A stretch of 64,000 nt of DNA, taken from NCBI GenBank assembly GCA_013416795.1, contig RQSC01001165.1:64741-128740 (forward strand), read 5' to 3'. A program made the translations under genes and the position numbers. The notes under the pieces are model-generated. The model was not told where the DNA came from. It made no database searches and saw only the letters and a list, made by a program, of their open reading frames with translations. The stretch comes from Prasinococcaceae sp. CCMP 1430. Taxonomy: Eukaryota > Plantae > Prasinodermophyta. This document shows positions 11,635 through 22,547 of this stretch, in pieces (position 1 is the stretch's first letter; every line of letters starts with the position of its first letter).

Positions 11635-12935
11635 GCGCTGCCGTTCTCGCGCGAACGGGAGACGCGCGCGCTGCTCGCGGGGGACGAGGCGGCGCTCGAC
11701 GCCGACGCTGCGAGGCTGCTCGCGGCGCTGCGCGCGTCGGAGGCACATCTCATCTGGTGCGTGCGCGCCGCGAGCCCGCGCGACGCCGCTGGCCTGGCAT
11801 GCGCACTGGCCTGACCCGCCGACCCACACAGGCACAAGTGCGGCACGTTCGCGGATCACCTCGAGGGAGTGTGGCGCGTGCTGTGCGCCTGGCGACAAGA
11901 ACGCGACGTCTGCCGCCTCGGCCTGTTCCACAGCGCGTATGGCAATAGGTGCGAAGGACGATGGGCTGCGGCGCGGGCGCGGGCGCGTATGCGCGCGCAG
12001 GCGCGCTGACGCCGCAGCACCGCATCGCACCCCCTGATCCCACGCCCTTCAGCTTCGTGGCAATGCGCTTGTACGACCCCGCCGACGACGGCGAGAGGGC
12101 GCGACTGGCAGCGTTGATAGGCGAGCGCGCCGAGCGTCTCGTGCACGCATTTTGCACGGTGGATCGCGCGTCCTTAGAAGCCACAGTACTGGCTGAGGGG
12201 AGCGTGCGCGAGCAGGGCTACGAGCTCGCGGACGTTCGCCATCCTGGGAGTGTCGTGAGGGTGAGCAAGGAGGATGCGTGTGCTTTTCTCATCGAGACAG
12301 TGGCAGACTATTTGGAACAGAGCACGGGCTGGCAGTCGGAGATGCAGCAGCTCGGCCCACCTGGCGCGGGTGGGGTGCTATGGCCTGGCCCAATGCGCCC
12401 CACGTTGCGGATGGCGATGGTTTCCCGCCTCGCCCGCGCTGCTGCGCGCGCGCAGGTGGGCACTGGCGAATGCATTCCATTGTTCGACAACTGCACCGCG
12501 ACGCTCGAGGAGGCAGACGAAGCGAAAGCGGTGGACTTGTACTGGTCCGTGGTGGCCGAGAGGGTGGCCCAGGGAGAGGCGGCGGAGGCGGCGTTGGAAG
12601 AAGCGAGTCGGCTCAACCCTTTCGTGGGTGAGCCGCACGTCGTTCGCGCGCAGCTACTGCTCGCGCGCGGCGCGTGGGACAAGGCACGGGATGCTTGCGC
12701 ACGCGGGCTCAAGCTACTGGAAGACTGGGGGGGCACGTGCTGGGACAAACGCATGCCGTGGGCGGCGTGGGTGAACTGGTGCCGCGCGATGGCGCTGCAG
12801 GCGGACGCTCGCGCTTGGCCTTGCACCCACGGAGGCGTGGAGAGCCTGGGCGCCACCGAGGCGCACATGACGTTCCGCGAGCTCAACCACGGGCGCAGCA
12901 TGGCGCCGCGCACGGAGCGTGAAATGGTATCCTGA
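11635..12935 (+). CDS. Conserved plant/algal HD-like (DUF6817-type) plus TPR protein; introns 11757-11831 and 11949-12052; start lost near the N at 11634
   Basis: Spliced WHKCGTFADHLEGVWRVL..W...VCRLGLFHSAYGNSFV; IGERAERLVHAFC; LWPGPMRP; NPFVGEPHVVRAQ; WDKRMPW. Confidence 0.75.
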
Positions 12936-13078
12936 GTATCTATGCCCCCCCGCGCGTCCTGTAAAGTGGGTTTTGGGCTGCGTTCGCGGCATCCGGACGC
13001 GGCGGCCGGCAGGCAGCCTCGGCGGCGGCGGCCGCTGCGTGGCGCGCGCAGCGAGGGAGGGAGGGGAGCGGGCGGGGC

Positions 13079-14447
13079 GTGGCCGGGCGGCGTGACGCTC
13101 AGCGAGGGGCGGGCGGGCGCATTGGTGTGACGGCGCTGCGAGGCAGGCCGGAGAGCGCGGCCGAGGCGCGCGCAGGCGCCGCCGCGGGTTACTATGGCGC
13201 TGCCGAGGCGGCCGCGTATGACGCGCGCGCGCGAGCTTCGGGCGCGCAGGCCGAGCTCGCAGATGCGGCGCTTGGACTCGCAGGCGCTGGGGGAGGCGGC
13301 AGCAGCCTTGCGCCCGGCGCTGCGCTTTCGCCCGTCGGTCTGTTGCTGGACCTCGGCTGCGGCTCCGGCCTGAGCGGTGCCCGCGTGCCAGCACCTTGGT
13401 ACTGGATCGGCGTTGACGTGAGCAGCGATCTCCTGTGCTTGGCGGCGGAGCGCGCAGCACACACTCGAAGTGGTTCCCTCACGAGCGCGGGCGCAGGCGC
13501 AGATGCAGCCGCCTGCCAAGGGGACGGCGACGGGGCCCGCACAGACACGCCGCTGCCACGCTGTGCGGGGCTCGTGCGATGCGACCTCGGCCAGGGTCTG
13601 CCATTCCGCGCAGGAGCGTTCGACGCGGCGATCTCCGTATCGGTCGTGCAGGTGAGCACGCGCTTGCGTGCCCGCACTTTCCCGCTCTCTCGCGCACATC
13701 TGCGCCCCGCTGACGACGCTCGTTTCTCAGTGGCTAAGCGAGCGTCCTATCGGAGAAGCGCGCAGGTTCTTCTCGCACACGCGCGAGGTCCTCGTCAGCC
13801 CACGCGGTCGATGGGCATGCAGCATGCAGTACTACCCTGCATGCGCGGCGGATGCACACGCCCTCGCGCGCGCCGCGCGAGCCTCGGGCCTGCCCCTCAG
13901 ACCTGTGGTGCTGTACCCGCACGTTTGCAAGGAGCGGCGCACGGCGCGGAAGTTCTTCCTGTGCAGTGAGGCTGAGGCTGCCGAGGAGCGCTCATCGGCG
14001 CCCGGCGGTGCGCGGCGTCGGAGCGGCGCGTGCCCGCTCTCCTACCCGTATGGCTGCGACTGCGCGGCGCGCTGGATGGTGCGCACCGCCCGCGTTCGCG
14101 ACGCCAGCACAGCCACGCAGGGGACCACAGGCCTTCCCGCCTTGCCCGCGCCACGGGAGGCTGCCGCGGCCACCGCGGTGGCAGCGGCTGGGAAACTCTC
14201 GCAGCTGCACTCCATGCACCGCAAGCAGATGCGCTCCATCGCTCGCCTCGCTCTTCGTCTCGCGCGCGAGGCAATCGCCCGGAGCGACGGCACGCAGCTG
14301 CCGCTGCTCGTGCGGTTCGCGCTCGCGGGCGCTGTCGTGCGCTGGCTCGGGCTCTTCGGTTGCCTGGCGGGTGCCGACGCCGGGACCGCCGTGCGCGCCA
14401 TCATCGCGCTCGAGCGCCACCGAGCGCGTGCGTCGCGGCCCGGGTAG
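13079..14447 (+). CDS. BUD23/WBSCR22-like class I SAM methyltransferase; intron 13652-13730; start codon unresolved
   Basis: RPE..YY...EA..Y; LLDLGCGSGLSG; WIGVDVS; DLGQGLPFRAGAFDAAISVSVVQ|WL; QYYP; YPH...RKFFLC. Confidence 0.8.
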
Positions 14448-14522
14448 GCGTACTGTCTCTTCGCATGTTGTAAAGTATGTCAAGTGTAGGACCATTACTC
14501 AAGAAAGGTATTAGGTGTCTCG

Positions 14523-15519
14523 TCATGCGCCGCAGAGCTTCTCGAGCGCCGCGCTTTCGTCGCCGCCCGTCGCCGCGAGCGCTGCCTTCACGCTTTCGGT
14601 ATCGAAGCCCATCTCGCACAGCCGCGCAACCTTGGCGTCGTCGCTCGAGGGGACGGCGAACGTCTCCGTCCAGTAGCGCGCAGTGTTCTTGTACTCCTCA
14701 TAGTTCTTGATGTACTGCGAGGCAACCTGCGCGTCTTGTGGATCGTTGGGCTCGGGCGTCGACAGAAGCGCCTGCAGCGACAGCAGCGCGGTCTTGAGAG
14801 TCAAGGCTGGGCTCCACTGATCCTGCAGACGCGCGCGTCCGGCGAGAGGCAGCGAGTGCGCGCGCGGGCGCGAGCGCAAGGCATGGGCGGTTGGTGTTGG
14901 GTCAGCGTGCCCCTCATTTGCGCCAGCTCTGGCGCACTGACCAGAGCCGCGCGCGCGACACACGCGGCGTGTGCTGCGCTGTATTGCGCTGCGCACCTTG
15001 AGGATGTCGAGGCAGATCGCGCCATTGGCGCTGGACACGTTGGGATGCCAGACCTTCGTGATGAAGACCATCTTCGGAGGTTCGAAGGGATAACTGTCGC
15101 CCAGCTGAATGTCCACAGAGAACAAGCCGCCCTCGTACGGCGTGCCCACGGGCCCCTGAGCCCCCGATCCGAGCGTAACGCGCACAGCGCGGGGTCAGCG
15201 CGCCGACTGCGCCGCGCGTCCACCGCGACGCCCGCGCGTCCAAGCGCACGCACGAGCGAGGATGTTATGCGAGAGCGTGATGCGAGGGGGCGCGACGCGC
15301 GTGCGCAACGCGGGCGCGCACACGGGCACAGGCGGGCGGGCGCGCAAGCGCAAGTGGGCGCAGGCGCTCGTGCACCCACCCCACGCGCACCTTAATCTCG
15401 CCGCGCATGTGCGAGAGCGCCTGCGCGCCCTCCCCGGTGACGGTCACCGTGACGCCGCTGGCCGTGTCGCGCGCCACGTCCCTGAGCTCGCGCTGCACGC
15501 GCGCCGCGTCGAGCGGCAT
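14523..15519 (-). CDS. UBE2K: Ubiquitin-conjugating enzyme E2-25K/UBC27 with C-terminal UBA; introns 15156-15390 and 14823-14996
   Basis: RVQRELRD; [10 protein letters not shown]; YPFEPPK; [18 protein letters not shown]|DQWSPALTL; UBA motif EMGF. Confidence 0.93.
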
Positions 15520-15658
15520 CGCCACCGCATGCACGCCGGTCTGCGGGCCGCGCGCCCCACCGGCGAGCACGTCCGGCGCCGACGGCAGCGTGGAGCTCGC
15601 CCGCAGCGAGGGCGACGGCGCGAGCGGCAGCACCTACGGCGAAGGCGAGGCGCTCGCC

Positions 15659-16471
15659 ATGCTGCGCTCGCAGCTCTTCGCCTCGGTGGCGCTGCCTCCG
15701 CACGGGGAGCGCGGCGGCGGCCTCGGAGCGGTGGTGCTGGCGGCCGAGGGCAAGGATGCCGAGGTCGAGGGAGGCAGTTCCGATGAGGGCGGCGAGGCGC
15801 AGAGCGAGCAGGGCCGCGCGGCCCCGGGCGGCGGGCACGACGACAAGGACCAGAACGGACGAAACAAGGAGTACTACGCGCAGATGGGCGACGCCATCCG
15901 CGCGCTGCGCGCCGATCTGCCCATGATCTTCGACAAGGAGCACCCGGTAGATTGGGACATCTACCGCGAGGACGTCGGCCTCATCGTCAACATCGAGACG
16001 CCGCCGAAGCTGCGCACGCGTCTCGAGGGGCTGGACAACTACAAGGTGGTGTGGGAGTGGTTCCGGAAGACAATACGGGTATTCTTCAGGTCGCCGAGCG
16101 TCGAGGTGAAGCGCATCTGGCAGCCAGTGGACGGCATCATCATGGTGAGGTGGACCATCTGGGGCACGCTGCGCGGCATGGGCGCCAACATGCAGCCGGC
16201 CGTGCAGTTCGAGGGCTCGAGCGAGTTCAAGTTGGACAAGGATGGCCTCATCTATGAGCACCGCATAGACAACCGCGCGATGTCTGGGCGCAACGGCCAG
16301 CGCCAGCCCACGTGGCAGCTCGAGCTGGCGCGCATCGCAGCCCCTGCGCGCACTCCGACGCCGACCATGTGGTGCGAGAAGGCCGACTCGCCCACCGCGC
16401 TGCTGCTGCAGTTGGTCAAGCGAGCCATAGCGGCCGCGCCCAGAGGGACTGTCGCCGGCAGCAACAACTAA
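15659..16471 (+). CDS. DUF2358 (NTF2/SnoaL-like) protein; may start upstream at 15407
   Basis: YYAQMGDAIRALRADLP; DIYREDV; RIWQP...IMVRWT; FEGSSEFKLDKDGLIYEHRIDN. Confidence 0.8.
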   Translation: MLRSQLFASVALPPHGERGGGLGAVVLAAEGKDAEVEGGSSDEGGEAQSEQGRAAPGGGHDDKDQNGRNKEYYAQMGDAIRALRADLPMIFDKEHPVDWDIYREDVGLIVNIETPPKLRTRLEGLDNYKVVWEWFRKTIRVFFRSPSVEVKRIWQPVDGIIMVRWTIWGTLRGMGANMQPAVQFEGSSEFKLDKDGLIYEHRIDNRAMSGRNGQRQPTWQLELARIAAPARTPTPTMWCEKADSPTALLLQLVKRAIAAAPRGTVAGSNN

Positions 16472-17126
16472 TGAGAGGCTCACGCACCCGGGCGCGAGGG
16501 AGGCGCCAACGAAGTGAGCAGCGAGGTCCCGGCGACCGGGACGGCCGGCGGTCAGGTCGTCCCAGTGTATATGTCTCAGTACTACTAGCCATTGTGTCGC
16601 CCGGCGGCGCGGGCGAGCGCCGGGGAGTCGCCAGCGCAGCCACCATGCCTCCGCCGCGGGCGCTCGCGCTCGCGCCAGCGAGAACCCGAGCCGCTCCTCT
16701 GCTCGTCCCGCCACCACCCAGCTGCCACGGCGCCGCGCTGCGTCCCGCAAGTGCGCGCTCGCTCGCCGCATGGCATGGTGCCATGCCACCTCATCGCGCC
16801 GCATGATGCGACCATCGCATTGCTTTCCCGTGGTCTCACTATACCTCTATTCTGGTGCTCGTGAGTTTTATTTCCGACGGCGAAATGCGAATGCGAATGC
16901 GCTTTGATCCCATTGAAATTGATGGGGTGTGTCCGCGCGAAAAGAAAAGAAAAAACGCCGCTGCCGGTCTCCCTCGGAAGCGCGCGCTGCGCGCTGATGG
17001 GGCGGGTGGTTCGCGCTGGTGACCATACCAAAATGAACGCGTGGGCACACCGAGCGCCGCGGCACAGCCAGGAGCCAACGACGAGCGCTGAGATTTATTA
17101 GGGTGACTAGCTAGAGAGCGCCCATA

Positions 17127-18785
17127 CTACTGTATGTGAGGCGGGTCGTGGCGTCGGTGCGCCGTGCAGTAGCAGCGGGCGCTGAACCAGTACTCTTGCG
17201 AGTACCCGCGCAGGTTGAAGGCCTGGCCGCCCTCGGCGTACTTCTCCGCGCCGCCGCCACCGCCGGGCAGCCCTCCCTTGCTCGCGGCGAATGCGCGCAA
17301 GTTTTCCACTTCCCGCTGCAGGTGCATCGCTTCGGCAGACCACTTGTCGCGCTCCGAGTCAGCGACGTACACCGCCACGCGCAGCTCCTCGAGCTGTGCG
17401 CGCGCGTGGCTGAGATCCTCTCGCATGCCGGCGATGTCTTCCTCGCTCGTGGCCTGCGCGCACTCCGTCGTGCCGGCAGGCGGTCGTGTTTCGGCGCTGG
17501 CCGTGGCCGCGGCCGGAGCCGGAGCCGCGTCCTCATTCGCATCGCGCAGCTCCAGCACCTGCGTGCGCAGGCGCTCGATCTCGGCCTTGCTGTCGTCGAG
17601 CGCCGCGGCCGTGCCCATCGATGACGTCTCGGAGCGCTGCAACGCGGCCTCTGCAAGCAAGCGACGCTCTTGCTCGCGTTCTAGCTCGGCGCGGAGCTCG
17701 CTCGACGCGCTGCTGCCCGAAAGTGCGGGACACGAAGCGCCAGCGGCTTTGCCGTTCGCCTCGACGGCGTCGCGGCGTGCCTGAGCGAGTGCCGCGCGCG
17801 CCTCGTCGAGCTCTGCCTCGAGATTCGTCGCGCGGCTGCCATTGAGACCGCCGGAGGCGCAGTCGCTCCCCTCGCCCGCCGCGNGGCGCCACGCCGCCGC
17901 GGGCACCGGCAGTTGGTGCTGCGGCTCCGCCGGCCCGCGGCCACGACCAGACGCCGCCGCGCGCAGCGCCCATGCGTGGTGGCCAACGAGGTCCTTGCTC
18001 ATCTTGAGCACCGACTGCAGCGTGGCCTCAGCCTCAGCTGCTCGAGTCTCGGCAGCCGCCTTGGCACGGCGCAAGCTCTCGGCCTGCTTCGCGAAGGCCT
18101 CCCGCTCGCGCTCGAGCTGCACCTCGAGCGCCGGTGCCTCCTTCTCGGAGGCCCTGCGCTTGCGCGGGCTGCTACATGAGGACATGATCAACTTCGGCTT
18201 TTCCCCCTGCAGCTGAAGTTGCTGCTGCAACAGCATCAGCTGCTGTCGGTGCCCCTCTTCCTTCTCCTTCTCTCTCTGCCTCTGCTCGTCCCTCTCGCGC
18301 TCCCGTTCAGCAAGCAGCTCCTTCTCTCTCTGCCTCTGCTCGTCCCTCTCGCGCTCCCGTTCAGTGAGCAGCTCCTTGCGAGCTGCCTCTGACTGGCGCA
18401 GCGCCTCAACAGTGTTTCGAAGGCCGGTGCCGAGGTTGCGTATTTCCTCCGAGATGGCCGCGCGCTCCTCCTCGAGCTCGCGGCGCGCCTGGTCTCCTTC
18501 TCCGCCCACAGCGTCGAGTGCTGCGCGCAGCGACTCGCGCTCCGAGCGCGCCTGCACGAGCTGCGCCTGCAGCGCGCGTATGGCCTTCGCCGACGCTGCG
18601 CTGCTGACAAACGCCCCCGCGTGAGCAGTTTCCACCACCGAAGCCGCGTTTCCTCCCGCGCCCAGCGCCGCCACGGCGTCGGGTTCGAGCCTCTCGACCC
18701 CGACGGAGAGCTCCGCGTCGACAGCCGCGGTCGCGTCGCCGGGCGGCGCGCCGAGCGCGGCCGCCTCGCCCTCAAACCCCTCCAT
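17127..18785 (-). CDS. Long coiled-coil protein of unknown function (one ambiguous base at 17884)
   Basis: Continuous E/R/A/L-rich heptad ORF from MEGFEG. Confidence 0.6.
   Translation of the reverse strand: MEGFEGEAAALGAPPGDATAAVDAELSVGVERLEPDAVAALGAGGNAASVVETAHAGAFVSSAASAKAIRALQAQLVQARSERESLRAALDAVGGEGDQARRELEEERAAISEEIRNLGTGLRNTVEALRQSEAARKELLTERERERDEQRQREKELLAERERERDEQRQREKEKEEGHRQQLMLLQQQLQLQGEKPKLIMSSCSSPRKRRASEKEAPALEVQLEREREAFAKQAESLRRAKAAAETRAAEAEATLQSVLKMSKDLVGHHAWALRAAASGRGRGPAEPQHQLPVPAAAWRXAAGEGSDCASGGLNGSRATNLEAELDEARAALAQARRDAVEANGKAAGASCPALSGSSASSELRAELEREQERRLLAEAALQRSETSSMGTAAALDDSKAEIERLRTQVLELRDANEDAAPAPAAATASAETRPPAGTTECAQATSEEDIAGMREDLSHARAQLEELRVAVYVADSERDKWSAEAMHLQREVENLRAFAASKGGLPGGGGGAEKYAEGGQAFNLRGYSQEYWFSARCYCTAHRRHDPPHIQ
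18271..18377 (-). repeat. 54-bp tandem duplication encoding KELL(T/A)ERERERDEQRQRE twice
   Basis: tctctctgcctctgctcgtccctctcgcgctcccgttcag at 18271 and 18325. Confidence 0.9.
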
Positions 18786-19133
18786 GGCGTCGCAACGCGA
18801 CGACGCGCGACAGGACGAGCGACCCGACGCCCTCGCCCCCCTCCCCCACTTCCCCCGCCCGGGCCCACGCACGCACCGGTGCGCCCGCCAGGGACGCGCC
18901 GCGCCCCGTAGCACCGCCGAGCGCGCGCCAGCCGGCGGCGCCGTGCCATCATCGGGCTGAGAGCTGAGAGCGGTGCCGAAGGGGCTCGAGAGACAGGGTT
19001 CGCAAAAGTGGTTCGATTCAATGATGCTGTTCGTTCAGGCGCGATTCGGGTTCGGGAGTGAGCTCAGGATCGCTCCGGCTACACTGCTGCTGGTGGACTA
19101 CAGGTAGGCGAGGGCAGTCACGTCGGGCCCTGA

Positions 19134-21233
19134 CTAGGACGAGGCGGCGAGCGGCGCGCTCGCGGGCACGCCCCGCCGGCTGGGGCTGTCGCCGGAGTGA
19201 GCCCCCGAGCGGAGGGAGTCACTGCCGGCCTTTCCGCCGAGCCTCTCCCCCACGCGCGCCACGCTGTGTTTGTACTTGTCGGGCGTCTTGTGCTGCGCCT
19301 CGAGTCTGCCAATGCAAGGGCCGCAGTATCCGTCAATGCCATGGCAGCGACGGCTGAGCGCCTTCACGCAGCAAAGCACGGCGCGCAAGTCTCGTTCCTC
19401 GTACAGATGATCGGCCTGGAAGAGACTCATGGACGTCACGCCAATCGCCTTGCACTTGTCGAGGAACCGGCCGATGTTGTCACGCAACTTCGCCTTCGCT
19501 TTCGTGACCCCAGGAGCGAACTCGTCGGCATCCGCGTCGGGCACCCCGACGTAGTTGATTGTGATTTGTCGCGCGAGCGAGGCGTCGAGCGCGCGTAACG
19601 TCACTGCGTTGGCTAGCTCGCAGAGCGCAATGCCGTCCCGCAGGCGGGGCAGCAAGTCGTTGGCGGCATCTGCGCGATCCTCGCCCAGGAGAATGCCCGC
19701 GCGCTCGTCGCCAAGCACGTCGAACATCCAAGCCACGACTTGTTCCTCATCAGTCCCGGAGTACTCGCCATCGTAAGGTGCGGGGCTGGAGAATTCGAGC
19801 GGCTCGCCCGCGCCCACTCCCGCGGGCCCTTCTTCGCACCGCCCCACGTTCCCCGCGTTATCGATCAGGCCAGCGACGCGTACGCGCAGCGGCCCGTCCG
19901 GCGCGTCGCCGGGCGACATTTCTCTCGCGCACTCCCACGAGGCACTCAGTCCATTGGCGCCACTGCGGCCGAGCGCGGTGACGGAGGTACACACCGCGTC
20001 GCTGTCGCCGACGGTGAACTCGGGTGCGCGCACGGGCTTGTCGGCGGTCACCGTGACAATCACCCGGTCGCCGATTGTCGCACAACCATGCTTGATCTCC
20101 GAACCCTTCGCGTTGCACGCCTTGCAGGAAAAGCGCAAGCACGTGGGCGCTGCCGCGTCCAGCACGAGGGCCGCACCGTCCTTGGCGGTGTGCAGATCGG
20201 CCTCCGCTCCCTCTACGCGCGTGCTCACGTCGGAGAAGTTGCTCACGCGCAGCACGAGGTCTCCATCCGCACCACGCATGGTCTCGGGCACGACGCACGT
20301 GACCGTGAATGCGCCACCCTTGCTGCTCACCTCACACGCTTGTGTGGTATCGCTGGCCAGCGCAACCAGGGCGACGTTGGGCGTCGTGAGCGCTTGCTCT
20401 GGGTGGCAAGACACGAGCGATGCAAATAGGGACGATCCCACGGTGAAGGCGCTCGAATCGGCGCCGCAAGGGGCGACTGCGCGCAGCGAGGCGCACTCGA
20501 GTGCGGGATGCCGCGTGTCGGCGATTGGCAGGGGCGTGGCACCCTCGCCGCGCAGCTCGCGCAGACTCACTCTCGCATGGCGCGGCTCACCAGACGGCGC
20601 GCACGCGTGCAGCGGCTCGACCTCCGCGAGGAACTGCAGTGTGGCGCGCTCGGCCTGTTCACCTCCACGCAAAGTGTACGTCGCGACGTACGCGCTGCCA
20701 TCCGCCGGATCGGCCGCGCGCTCGACGCGCGCCACGTCGCCGCTGCCGAACGTGACCTTCGGCGGGGCCATCGGCTCGCTCGCGACGAGCGTGAGCTGGA
20801 CGGTGGAGCCGATGGAGACGATGGCGTTGCCGTCGTCGTCAGTGGCGGGATCGGCGCACGCTAGCTCCGCGCGCTGGACGACGAACGCGGGCGGCTTGCT
20901 CGTGACTGCCGCAAGCGCCTCGCGCCAACGCCTCTCGGCTTGATAGCTATCAGCCTTGAGCACGAAGAGGCGCACGCGTTGCTTGTTGACCTCAAGCGCG
21001 TTGAAGGCCAATTCCTGCGCTTCCCCCTGGACCCACTCCATGTCCGACAGGTCCGCCACGCCGAGCGCCTCGCCGCCCTCCTCTTGCGACCAGCTGAGGT
21101 CCTTTCCGCGCAGCGTGAAGTGGCGGTCTTGCCAGATGGCCGGCCAACGCGTGGTGCGCTTCTTCTTCAGCACGCCGTCGAGGTGCACCACTCCGCTCTC
21201 GTCGAAGAACAGCATCTCGCCGGACGCCGCCAT
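19134..21233 (-). CDS. PH domain + three bacterial-type Ig-like repeats + calponin-type CH domain protein
   Basis: PH: DGVLKKK...WQDRHFTL...RRWREAL. Ig: GSTVQLTLVASEP..PKVTFG, GDRVIVTVTADKPV..PEFTVG, DNAGN, and DTRHP/DAAAP linkers. CH: QVVAWM, LRDGIALCELAN, NIGRFL...GV...LF...LYE..DL..VL. Confidence 0.8.
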   Translation of the reverse strand: MAASGEMLFFDESGVVHLDGVLKKKRTTRWPAIWQDRHFTLRGKDLSWSQEEGGEALGVADLSDMEWVQGEAQELAFNALEVNKQRVRLFVLKADSYQAERRWREALAAVTSKPPAFVVQRAELACADPATDDDGNAIVSIGSTVQLTLVASEPMAPPKVTFGSGDVARVERAADPADGSAYVATYTLRGGEQAERATLQFLAEVEPLHACAPSGEPRHARVSLRELRGEGATPLPIADTRHPALECASLRAVAPCGADSSAFTVGSSLFASLVSCHPEQALTTPNVALVALASDTTQACEVSSKGGAFTVTCVVPETMRGADGDLVLRVSNFSDVSTRVEGAEADLHTAKDGAALVLDAAAPTCLRFSCKACNAKGSEIKHGCATIGDRVIVTVTADKPVRAPEFTVGDSDAVCTSVTALGRSGANGLSASWECAREMSPGDAPDGPLRVRVAGLIDNAGNVGRCEEGPAGVGAGEPLEFSSPAPYDGEYSGTDEEQVVAWMFDVLGDERAGILLGEDRADAANDLLPRLRDGIALCELANAVTLRALDASLARQITINYVGVPDADADEFAPGVTKAKAKLRDNIGRFLDKCKAIGVTSMSLFQADHLYEERDLRAVLCCVKALSRRCHGIDGYCGPCIGRLEAQHKTPDKYKHSVARVGERLGGKAGSDSLRSGAHSGDSPSRRGVPASAPLAASS

Positions 21234-21959
21234 CCCGACGTGTGTGGGGGCGCGTCGCTCTCTCCCCCCTGCCCCCGTAGCCCTTCCGCGAGGCTGGGCG
21301 TCCCGAGCGCCCCCTATGGCGCCGTCCCCACCAACCCCTGCCGACCCGCGCCAGTCCGCCCTGCGCCGCGCGAGAGCCGGGCGCCTGGTATTCCCCTCTC
21401 CGATCCATCACTGCGCATTGTCCTCCCTCCCCCCCGTCAGCGCCCTTCCACCGAGCGGCGCGCGTCGCGTCGCGCGGCGCCGCGGCCGCGTGCCCGTTGG
21501 GCGCTCGCCCGCACAACGGCCGCGAGCCCAGGGTGCGCCCTCTCGCCCCCCCCCGCGGGGGGCCACCGCCGCCGCTTGCGCGCAACGCGCCGCCAACAGG
21601 GGGATGCGCAGCCGTGCGCCCGTGTGTGTGTATGTGTGTGTGTGTGTCCCTTGGCGCCCCCCCCCCACCTACGCGCGAGCGCGCAAGCGCCTTGCGCAGC
21701 GTGCGTCGCGGCGCGTCCCCTCTTGCTTTGCTTTGCGTTGCTGCGTGCCCCTTGGCGCCCGGCGCCCGACGAGCGCGCCCGCGCCCGCGTTGCGGGGAAC
21801 GGCGGGGCCGGCCGGCCGGCGCGGGGGAACGCGGCCCACCGACGGAAGAAGGAACGCCTCCTCCTCGTCATCGCAGCCACCGTCAACTCAGACCGCGCGC
21901 GCACCAGCCAGAGCGCGCGCGCGAGCGCGGCGGCAACGCCCCCCCCCTTCCCCCCCCCC

Positions 21960-22179
21960 NNNNNNNNNNNNNNNNNNNNNNNNNNNNNNNNNNNNNNNNN
22001 NNNNNNNNNNNNNNNNNNNNNNNNNNNNNNNNNNNNNNNNNNNNNNNNNNNNNNNNNNNNNNNNNNNNNNNNNNNNNNNNNNNNNNNNNNNNNNNNNNNN
22101 NNNNNNNNNNNNNNNNNNNNNNNNNNNNNNNNNNNNNNNNNNNNNNNNNNNNNNNNNNNNNNNNNNNNNNNNNNNNNNN
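21960..22179. other. Assembly gap (220 N) following a poly-C tract
   Basis: Run of N. Confidence 1.
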
Positions 22180-22429
22180 CGCTGCGCTCCGCCGCGCGCG
22201 CGCCCCCGATCCCCATCCGCCCCCCCCCTCCCGCACGCGCAGGTGCCGCGGGCCATGCCTCTGACGCGCGTGTGCGTGTGCGTGTTCCCACGGAACAGCA
22301 GGGGAAAACCCGGGGCGGTGAAACGTGCGGCCGCGGCGCGCCGCGCGCGCGCGCGCGACGGCGCCGAAACCTCAACCCATCAGACGGAGCGACGCCCTCG
22401 TCAAAACCCACAGCAACCAGCGCGCATGC

Positions 22430-22467
22430 AAACCCTAAATCACGTGCTTGCGACCTTTTACCCTAAA
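22430..22467 (+). promoter_or_regulatory. Telo-box-like motifs (AAACCCTAA, ACCCTAAA)
   Basis: aaaccctaaat at 22430 and accctaaat at 22460. Confidence 0.35.
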
Positions 22468-22547
22468 TATGGGCGGCGAAGGTCGAGGCGGTTGCGCGCG
22501 GGGGGGGGGCATCTTCGGCGCGCGCGCGCGCCCGGCGCGCGCGCGCG

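Noticed and set aside
18540-18610. Cep57-like identity for the coiled-coil protein (SAKAIRALQAQL)
   Set aside because: The resemblance is too short and generic to support a name
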